Part shown: in pieces, positions 28,736 through 35,354 of the stretch
Numbering within the stretch: position 1 is the first letter of the stretch
Layout of the letters: each line of letters opens with the position of its first letter
Assembly (NCBI GenBank): GCA_963820625.1
Contig: CAWGAV010000005.1
Span: 64,083-128,082 of the forward strand
From: an uncultured delta proteobacterium
Lineage (GTDB): Bacteria > Desulfobacterota > BSN033 > UBA1163
Length of the DNA: 64,000 nt
Reading direction: 5' to 3'
Notes under the pieces: generated by a model
The model's database searches: none
The model's input: only the letters and a program-made list of their open reading frames with translations
What the model was told of the DNA's origin: nothing
Made by a program: the position numbers and the translations under genes

Positions 28736-29668
28736 TTATCTATTCCAAAGTTGCTCAATCAACAGCACTTCTCTGGGCCTCAGTTCCCGAATGGTGCTTT
28801 TTGAAATGCTGGTGATACCCAGCCTCTTTGCTTCTTTTCTGAATTTGGCCCAAGTGTGGTATTTACAGTCATCCGGCTCCGCAACGTAGAACCTTGTCCA
28901 ATGATGCACGTCTTGCCGGAGGACAATAGGACATGGTTCAAAGACTGAGACCCGCTTTCCAGAAAGAGATTCCCATATCTGGATTATAATATCTCCCTCA
29001 CGAGCATGACTTCGAAACTTTGACTTGCCCGTCCATCGAATCCACGACACGTCGGTTGACTTATCTGAGACGATTTGTCTGGCCTTATTCTCCGCCTTTT
29101 GGACAAAAGGCTGTTCCTTAGGGTACTTGTTTTCTTCCAGTTGCTTGACTGAGACAATCCAAACTTTGTTGACGAATTTGGTTGTCGGTGGAGGTTTGCG
29201 TCGCCTGCGTCTTGGTCGAGCATTTACTTTTATCTTCGATATCCGGGTTAAGAAGCCCCGGTCGATCCGTCGAGAGATCTCGCGCAGCCCATAAAGAAAA
29301 GCTGTGGCTTGCGCAACCAGTTGCTTTCTGTCCGTGAGAATGGCCAATTCGGTTAGTTCTTCTGCGGATGAAATAGATAGGTTGCATGATCCGACAAGTG
29401 CCGTCTTGCCGAAAAGCACGACCTTTGCGTGAAGGTCAGACATCGAGTATAAATCCACACCTTTCCGCATCAGAGATCGCAATACTTTGGCGGAGGTTTC
29501 TGCCAATTTGATCGCCCGATCCGAGGCGTCGCATATGAGGACATCACCTTTTCGGAAATTGAGGCGTGCCGTGCTCGATACGTACGCCACGGCTGCGAAA
29601 CGTCGAGGAGCTTTGTTGACATTAGAGGCAATCTGCTTCCAGATGTTCCCTGTAAGGATTGTATCCAT
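28736..29668 (-). CDS. PLD-family (single HKD) nuclease-like protein with an uncharacterised C-terminal domain
   Basis: ...DLHAKVVLFGKTALVGSCNLS... carries the HxK...GSxN signature. A basic linker ARPRRRRRKPPP follows, then about 170 aa of unknown domain. The start is the ATG at 29668. Confidence 0.65.
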   Translation of the reverse strand: MDTILTGNIWKQIASNVNKAPRRFAAVAYVSSTARLNFRKGDVLICDASDRAIKLAETSAKVLRSLMRKGVDLYSMSDLHAKVVLFGKTALVGSCNLSISSAEELTELAILTDRKQLVAQATAFLYGLREISRRIDRGFLTRISKIKVNARPRRRRRKPPPTTKFVNKVWIVSVKQLEENKYPKEQPFVQKAENKARQIVSDKSTDVSWIRWTGKSKFRSHAREGDIIIQIWESLSGKRVSVFEPCPIVLRQDVHHWTRFYVAEPDDCKYHTWAKFRKEAKRLGITSISKSTIRELRPREVLLIEQLWNR

Positions 29669-29677
29669 TCTTTTCTC

Positions 29678-29729
29678 ACCGAACTGTCCGAAATCAGCGG
29701 CGACGTTTATGCTGCTCGCTGGAGAATCT
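29678..29729 (-). other. attC-like site 10, apparently truncated on its R'' side by the RAYT unit
   Basis: On the minus strand: ...CCAGCGAGCAGCataaacGTCGCCGCTG... then R' GTTCGGT. No ..AAC box. The 27-bp inverted repeat starts at 29730. Confidence 0.4.
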
Positions 29730-29756
29730 GGGGTCAAATCTTTATTCTTGACTTTG
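29730..29756. repeat. left arm of the 27-bp inverted repeat (contains the hairpin GTCAA-N10-TTGAC)
   Basis: Read directly from the sequence. Overlaps the last codons and stop of the transposase gene. Confidence 0.9.
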
Positions 29757-30743
29757 CTGCAATTGTTTCTTCATCCTCTCAATTCTTGCCGCCAGTTTCT
29801 GGTCTTTGTCCAGCAGTGCCCAAAGCCTCTTCCTCATTACACTCACCGCGCTATAATCAATACCCATCAATTCTCCAATCTCCCTCTGGTTCATTCCCCC
29901 ATAACGATACAGCATCTCCATCAAAACTCCTCGTGCAACACCTTTGTATCCCTTTTTCAACAACTCCCCCCTTTTCACCCCAAACACATCTCCAATTAAC
30001 CGTATGATCCGCTGCGGTTCCACCTGGGCCAGAATCTTCTTAACCGCCGGAAGTTCTCTCAACTCAACAGCAGACCGGATATATTGTCCTCTAATCTTTT
30101 CTATAAATTCATTTGCCCCCACAATCCCATGCCCTGTCCCTCTCTCCAGAGGATTCTCTATCTTCCCCGACAACCCTTCCATCACAAAATCCTCATACTT
30201 CTTTCTCCCCTTTGCCGTATCCCCTCCAAAATAAGCCAAAACCTCCTTCACTTGAAGAAAGCCCCTCTTCCCAAGCTGCAAAATATACCCACCATAACTG
30301 CTCCAACGATAATTCCTCAGATACTTCCTTTTCTCATCCAGCGTCATTCCGGACCTAATCCTCACTCTCATGGGATTCAGGTGAATATACCTGGAAATCT
30401 CCCGCAGATAATTATCCGCATCCACCAGGAACGACTTGTAACGTCCCTGGTAAAGATGCCCTGTCCGATCGTGCTTCCAATTATGATACGAGGTATAGGA
30501 AATGTTGAAATGCCGCATAAATTCCTGCAAGTTCGCCAATGGTGTTTTGACCAGTAGATGAAAGTGATTTGACATCAACACATAAGCCAGAATCTCTGTC
30601 TGATAGATGTCACCGGATCGCTCCAGAAGATCAACAAAAGCTGACCGATCGGAATCATTTAAAAAGATTTCTTGGCGTGCATTACCTCGGCAGGTTACGT
30701 GATAGTAGGCATTTTCAAATTGGATTCGGAGTGGCCGTGCCAT
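29742..30743 (-). CDS. IS200/IS605-like Y1 (HUH) transposase, REP-associated tyrosine transposase (RAYT)-like, with a C-terminal DnaA-C-like HTH
   Basis: MARPLRIQFENAYYHVTCRGN..., HUH motif SNHFHLLV, then GHLYQGRYKSFLV...RYIHLNPMR with the catalytic Tyr region. C-terminal ...MNQREIGELMGIDYSAVS... The start is the ATG at 30743. Confidence 0.85.
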   Translation of the reverse strand: MARPLRIQFENAYYHVTCRGNARQEIFLNDSDRSAFVDLLERSGDIYQTEILAYVLMSNHFHLLVKTPLANLQEFMRHFNISYTSYHNWKHDRTGHLYQGRYKSFLVDADNYLREISRYIHLNPMRVRIRSGMTLDEKRKYLRNYRWSSYGGYILQLGKRGFLQVKEVLAYFGGDTAKGRKKYEDFVMEGLSGKIENPLERGTGHGIVGANEFIEKIRGQYIRSAVELRELPAVKKILAQVEPQRIIRLIGDVFGVKRGELLKKGYKGVARGVLMEMLYRYGGMNQREIGELMGIDYSAVSVMRKRLWALLDKDQKLAARIERMKKQLQQSQE

Positions 30744-30771
30744 TAACAGGATTTCTACCAAATTCCAAAGC

Positions 30772-30798
30772 CAAAGTCAAGAATAAAGATTTGACCCC
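30772..30798. repeat. right arm of the 27-bp inverted repeat
   Basis: CAAAGTCAAGAATAAAGATTTGACCCC, 29 nt upstream of the transposase ATG. Confidence 0.9.
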
Positions 30799-30827
30799 AA
30801 ATCGTCATTACAAGGTTTGATATAGAT

Positions 30828-31136
30828 TTGCCCCTTGAGTATCAGGTCACAAATTCTCCGTATGTCCGAGGAGCACTGGTTGTCAATGCCAGTGAATCAG
30901 GCCTTCTTGTCCATTCCATCAAAGACATGCCTATCGGTACGAAATTAAATATTGCGGTGATGTTCCCTGCAGGATTCGAGTTGGCCAATTTTGAAGTATT
31001 TGCCGAGATTGTTTGGAAAGATATCCATTGGGGGGAAAATCGGGAAGGGTACCAATTTGGATTAAAATTCGTCCGCATATTGGAGGAAGACCATCGGAAA
31101 CTGAAGCAACTTCTCGATGAACAGCATGAAACATAA
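30828..31136 (+). pseudogene. PilZ-domain protein, probably 5'-truncated
   Basis: Carries the (D/N)xSxxG motif NASESG and the C-terminal PilZ barrel. The RxxxR motif is absent, there is no ATG (TTG only), and the frame opens inside the inverted-repeat arm at 30795. Confidence 0.55.
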
Positions 31137-31199
31137 AGGCATTTAGAGAGTCTTGCAATTTTCCAAAGGTTAAAATTGTACTGGCCAGTAATTAATTGG

Positions 31200-33060
31200 A
31201 CAGACAGTGTCAGATTAACTCTTGACTAATGAGTAAACCTACTACTGTTTATTCTAACTTTTCTTCTACAGTTGCGTTGGAGTAGTGTTTTGTAAGTTCC
31301 TGTAAACACTGATATTGTTCTTTGAAGAAATGGAAAATGGATGAAAATGTGGTGCCACAGAATATACTGAATACGCTTGACATATGCCTTCATATTGAAT
31401 ATTATTGGGGTGTCCTTAAATGGAGGCCCCATGTTTGCAAGAATCAAGAAATCGGGTCAACATCAGTACCTTCAAATCGTGGAGAATCACCGAGAGGGTC
31501 CAAAGACTATCCAGCGTGTGATCGCAACGATTGGCCGAATGGATCATCTGGAGGCCAAAGGGGATATTGAAAATATCATTCGATCTCTCTCACGGTTTTC
31601 AGAAAAGGTACTTTTGATTTTGTCCGGTAAGAGTGAGGTCCATGCGGCTGCGAAAAAGATTGGTCCCTCGTTGATCTTCGAGAGACTCTGGAAAGAGCTG
31701 GGGATCGGGAAGATCATCCAAGGGCTTCTGGGTGGCAGGAGATTTGAGTTTGATGTGGAGAGAGCTATTTTTCTGACCGTTCTTCATCGGCTCTTTGCAT
31801 CGGGTTCGGACCGTTCCTGTGACAAGTGGCACCAGGATTATCAGATTGATGGAGTGGAGCCTTTGTCCTTGCATCACCTTTATCGGGCCATGGCCTTTCT
31901 GGGAGAGGAGATCGAAGACCAGAGGGAGAGGACTCCCTTTGCTCCCCGATGTACGAAAGATGTGATGGAAGAGGCGATGTTTCATGAACGGCGGGATCTG
32001 TTTACGGGTCTTGACTTGGTCTTCTTCGATACCACCTCGATCTACTTCGAGGGAGAAGGGGGAGCGAGCTTAGGTGAAAAAGGGCACAGCAAGGATCATC
32101 GTTCGGATTTAAACCAGATGGTGGTGGGTGCGGTTTTGGATGAGGATGGCAAGCCCATCTGCTGTGAGATGTGGCCGGGCAACACGGCAGACGTCAAGAC
32201 CTTGATTCCGGTGATTGATCGGATCAGGAATCGTTTCCATATAGGCCGGTTCTGCGTGGTGGCGGATCGTGGGATGATCAGTGATGAAACGATGAAGGAA
32301 CTGGATCAGAGGAAGATTTCCTATATCCTGGGTGCACGGATGAGGAGGGTCAAGGAGATCCGGGAAGAGGTTCTGTCTCGGGCGGGACGATATACGGAAG
32401 TCCATCCGGAGGGGCCCTCTTCGAAAGATCCGGCCCCACTCAAGGTCAAGGAAGTCTGGGTGGATGAGCATCGCTATATCGTATGTTTGAATGTGAAGCA
32501 GGCGCGCAAGGAGGTGTTGGATCGGCAGGTCATTGTCGAAGCCTTGCAGGAGCAGCTTAAAAAGAACCCCAAGGCTCTGATTGGTAACAAGGGCTATCGG
32601 AAGTATCTGAAGCTGGATCGAGATCATCTTCGTCTCGATCAAGAGAAGATCGATGGGGAGGAGAGGTTCGATGGGAAATGGGTTTTAAAGACCAATACCT
32701 CTTTGTCTCCGGAAGAGACGGCCCTCAAATACAAGGAACTCTGGCAAGTGGAGCAGGTTTTCAGAGAGGTCAAGTCCGTTCTGGAAACACGTCCCATCTT
32801 CCATAAGTGTGACGAGACCATCCGAGGTCATGTATTCTGCAGCTTTCTTGCCCTTGTATTGAGGAAAGAACTGGATCGACGTCTTGATCAGGCGGGCCAC
32901 TGTTTTGAATGGGCAGACATCAAACAAGATTTGAAATCGCTTCAGAAAATCGTCATAGAAGAACAGGGCAAGTCATTGGCTGTCCGTAGTGAATGTAAAG
33001 GGATCTGCGGTAAGGTCTTTCAATCTGATACTATTTAAGGCCTCCCCCTAAAGATGGTAA
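31200..33060 (+). mobile_element. IS1634-family (IS4 superfamily) insertion sequence; ends not resolved
   Basis: Defined by its transposase gene. No convincing terminal inverted repeats could be identified by eye, so the boundaries are approximate. Confidence 0.45.
31431..33038 (+). CDS. IS1634-family DDE transposase
   Basis: MFARIKKSGQHQYLQIVENHREGPKTIQRVIATIGR... is a typical IS1634 N-terminus. DDE region ...VFFDTTSIYFEGE..., ...VVADRGMIS... RBS GGAGG before the ATG at 31431. Confidence 0.9.
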   Translation: MFARIKKSGQHQYLQIVENHREGPKTIQRVIATIGRMDHLEAKGDIENIIRSLSRFSEKVLLILSGKSEVHAAAKKIGPSLIFERLWKELGIGKIIQGLLGGRRFEFDVERAIFLTVLHRLFASGSDRSCDKWHQDYQIDGVEPLSLHHLYRAMAFLGEEIEDQRERTPFAPRCTKDVMEEAMFHERRDLFTGLDLVFFDTTSIYFEGEGGASLGEKGHSKDHRSDLNQMVVGAVLDEDGKPICCEMWPGNTADVKTLIPVIDRIRNRFHIGRFCVVADRGMISDETMKELDQRKISYILGARMRRVKEIREEVLSRAGRYTEVHPEGPSSKDPAPLKVKEVWVDEHRYIVCLNVKQARKEVLDRQVIVEALQEQLKKNPKALIGNKGYRKYLKLDRDHLRLDQEKIDGEERFDGKWVLKTNTSLSPEETALKYKELWQVEQVFREVKSVLETRPIFHKCDETIRGHVFCSFLALVLRKELDRRLDQAGHCFEWADIKQDLKSLQKIVIEEQGKSLAVRSECKGICGKVFQSDTI

Positions 33061-33106
33061 TGTAGGTTTGCAACAAAACCATATCCCATCAAAAGGAGGA
33101 AGCCAT

Positions 33107-34150
33107 ATGAAATTTTACACCCAGCAACACAAATTTTATTGTGGAATCGACCTTCATACCAAAAAAATGTTCGTCTGCATCCTGGATGCCGGGGGCAACA
33201 TCCGGATTCACCAAAACATCAATACGGACCCGGAGACCTTTCTGAACATCATCACTCCGTTCCGGGAGGACATCGTGGTTGCCGTGGAGTGCATGTTCAC
33301 CTGGTACTGGATCGCTGATCTGTGCGTTGAACACCATATCCCGTTCGTCCTAGGTCATGCCCTCTACATGAAAGCTATTCACGGAGGAAAGGCCAAAAAC
33401 GACAAGATCGACTCCCATAAGATCGCCACTTTGCTCCGGGGAGGAATGCTCCCTCAAGCCTATGTCTATCCGGCCAGGATGCGCGCAACCCGAGATCTCC
33501 TCAGACGGAGAAATCACTTAATGAGAAAACGGGCTGAGCTCTTTGCTCATATCCAGAATACCCGAAGCCAGTATAACCTTCCCGATCCCCTGGGATGCAT
33601 TGCCAAACCCAAAAACCGTGAAGGCATCGCCCAACGCTTCGATGACCCTTCCGTCCAAAAGAGCATGGCTGTGGACTTGGAGATGATTGAAGCCTATGAC
33701 CATATCTTGACCCAGCTCGAACGTGATATCATTGCCTGTGCTAAAGAACACGATCTGCGATCCTATGCCCTGCTTCAAACCATTCCTGGGGTAGGCAGAA
33801 TCCTCGCCCTGGTCCTCCTCTACGAAATCGAATCCATCGAGCGCTTCCCCCAGGTCCAGGATTTCGTCTCCTACTGCCGTCTGATAAAGAGCATCAAAGA
33901 ATCAAACGGCAAAAAGTACGGATCAAGCGGTAAAAAGATCGGTAACGCTCATCTCAAGTGGGCCTTCTCCGAGGCAGCGGTCCTTTTCCTCAAGGGCAAC
34001 GAGCCTGGAAAAAAGTACCTCCAAAGGCTTGCCCATAAGCACGGCAAAGCCAAGGCCCTCTCTATCCTTGCCCACAAGCTGGGACGGGCCGTCTATTTCA
34101 TGCTCAAAAACAAGGAGGCTTTTAACCAAAAAAAGTTCCTCGGTCTCTAA
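33107..34150 (+). CDS. IS110-family (DEDD) transposase/recombinase
   Basis: MKFYTQQHKFYCGIDLHTKKMFVCILD...VAVECMFTWYW...KNDKIDSHKIA... with C-terminal ...IPGVGRILALVLLYEI... RBS AAGGAGG. Confidence 0.9.
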   Translation: MKFYTQQHKFYCGIDLHTKKMFVCILDAGGNIRIHQNINTDPETFLNIITPFREDIVVAVECMFTWYWIADLCVEHHIPFVLGHALYMKAIHGGKAKNDKIDSHKIATLLRGGMLPQAYVYPARMRATRDLLRRRNHLMRKRAELFAHIQNTRSQYNLPDPLGCIAKPKNREGIAQRFDDPSVQKSMAVDLEMIEAYDHILTQLERDIIACAKEHDLRSYALLQTIPGVGRILALVLLYEIESIERFPQVQDFVSYCRLIKSIKESNGKKYGSSGKKIGNAHLKWAFSEAAVLFLKGNEPGKKYLQRLAHKHGKAKALSILAHKLGRAVYFMLKNKEAFNQKKFLGL

Positions 34151-34420
34151 ACTCCGGAGGGGATGGATCAGCCTGCCGCCTAACTGGAACCTCTCAGGGC
34201 AGGAGCATGCACCTGCATCCATCAGGGTCAAGAAAACCCATGCATCTCAGAATGCCAAATCGATGGTATGCCAATATTGCCCGGTAGCCCATGATTTGAT
34301 TGGCGGTCCATCCCGCTCCTCATACTTTTATCAGCGTGCCATGTTGTCAGGTTCTGCCCCTCACCCGAACCTGAAACTAACTGGGGAGCATTTTCTGCAT
34401 ACCCTGACGTGTTGAATAGG
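34151..34420 (+). ncRNA. candidate IS110/IS1111-type guide (bridge/seek) RNA region in the 3' non-coding end of the IS
   Basis: 270 nt with no plausible ORF. Long-range complementarity GGAGGGGATGGA (about 34156) with TCCATCCCGCTCC (about 34310). The call rests on position only. Confidence 0.25.
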
Positions 34421-34423
34421 ACG

Positions 34424-35218
34424 CTACGAGGGCACAGTATAGTTTCTAGGTCGCAGAGGGAATCTCTTCTCTCTGCAGTTCCGTCTCAGACGGGATTGAA
34501 CCTCAATAAGTGTTTGGTGCAGGACCTGCTCTTGCACCCGTGCTGAAATCAAGCTGGAACGACTGCCAACAGGTTCCCACGGCACGAAGCCCCTGTCGTG
34601 CGGATTGGGGTGTATGTACTGTGCGTCTGCCAGGTCCGCAAGCAAAGTAGGTTCAACTGGGACATGAGCAAACGGATTGTGATAGCAATCGAGCCCCATC
34701 GCATCAGCCCGCACCCGCTTCAATACGCCAACGACGCTCAGGGAGCGAAACGTATCTTTTGTGACCTTCCTTTGACCAAGGTACCCTTGCCCAACTACGG
34801 CGATCGTCTGATCGGGCTGCAGTCCGAGTACGATGCCGAATGACCCGAACATCGCTTTTGCGACGGTAAATGTATCTATCCAATTCCAGTGCCCGGAATT
34901 GTTGTACACAACGATCATCGTAGGCCACATGCCTTCAGATGAACGCTTGACTTGTGGGTAAGCTTCTTCAAGTAGCCCTTGTACGCGATCAGATGGCGCT
35001 ACTGCACCCGGAGATTGCGCGGTACCCCAGACTTTGGCCAGTTTCTTGTCCTCGTCGTTCGGATCTAGTTGTTTGACTTCTGTGATCAAACTGAGCGAGC
35101 CCAAAGACACCCGGTAGTCAGCAGTCTTCTCGGTACTCTCTGGTATCCGAGCGCATTCAATGCCTCGTGCCGAGCAGAGTTTCTCGAAGAGTTTTTCTGA
35201 GATGGTGCGGGTGCTCAC
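34424..35218 (-). CDS. hypothetical protein (264 aa)
   Basis: GTG start with AGAGG 8 nt upstream. No family recognised. The C-terminal 40 codons run through hairpin-rich sequence and may not be genuine. Confidence 0.45.
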   Translation of the reverse strand: MSTRTISEKLFEKLCSARGIECARIPESTEKTADYRVSLGSLSLITEVKQLDPNDEDKKLAKVWGTAQSPGAVAPSDRVQGLLEEAYPQVKRSSEGMWPTMIVVYNNSGHWNWIDTFTVAKAMFGSFGIVLGLQPDQTIAVVGQGYLGQRKVTKDTFRSLSVVGVLKRVRADAMGLDCYHNPFAHVPVEPTLLADLADAQYIHPNPHDRGFVPWEPVGSRSSLISARVQEQVLHQTLIEVQSRLRRNCREKRFPLRPRNYTVPS

Positions 35219-35354
35219 CGTATGCCTCTTGAAACATAACGATTAATCTATCAAATTACCGCTTGTGGTAAAAAATAGCAGAACTGTTTAAAAAAAACAA
35301 TGAAAATTTCTTGAAAATAATAAATTTAGTTGACTTGGTTTCGCTTTTATGAAA

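Larger units (their letters stand above)
22382..29737 (-). mobile_element. integron-type gene-cassette array (attC-like sites, no intI seen; CALIN-like)
   Basis: Eleven co-oriented, unrelated, compact genes. Ten 55-72-bp imperfect palindromes bounded by ..AAC and GTT.. follow the ORFs. See the individual sites below. Confidence 0.65.
29730..30798 (-). mobile_element. RAYT-like unit: HUH/Y1 transposase gene bounded by a perfect 27-bp inverted repeat
   Basis: GGGGTCAAATCTTTATTCTTGACTTTG at 29730-29756 is the exact reverse complement of 30772-30798. Confidence 0.6.
33060..34420 (+). mobile_element. IS110-family insertion sequence abutting the IS1634 element; ends approximate
   Basis: Short 5' region and about 270 nt of non-coding 3' region after the recombinase gene. 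IS110-family elements lack classical inverted repeats. Confidence 0.45.
22278..35354. mobile_element. 13-kb accessory island bracketed by direct repeat copies C and D
   Basis: Contains a cassette array, a TA pair, three transposase genes and truncated genes. Flanked on both sides by housekeeping or metabolic genes. Confidence 0.55.

Noticed and set aside
29487-30557. Plus-strand ORFs (170, 157, 96, 81, 73 aa) across the PLD and RAYT genes
   Set aside because: They are Pro/Ser-rich antisense translations, and the minus-strand frames carry the HKD and HUH motifs.
31233-33085. Candidate IS1634 terminal inverted repeats (shared AAACCTAC at about 31240 and about 33070)
   Set aside because: An 8-bp match with poor flanking agreement is within chance expectation. 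The element ends are left undefined.
30799-35354. Search for an integron integrase (intI) or its remnant to the right of the array
   Set aside because: No frame in this interval shows tyrosine-recombinase motifs (R..H..R..Y box regions). Only PilZ, IS1634, IS110 and one unknown ORF are present.
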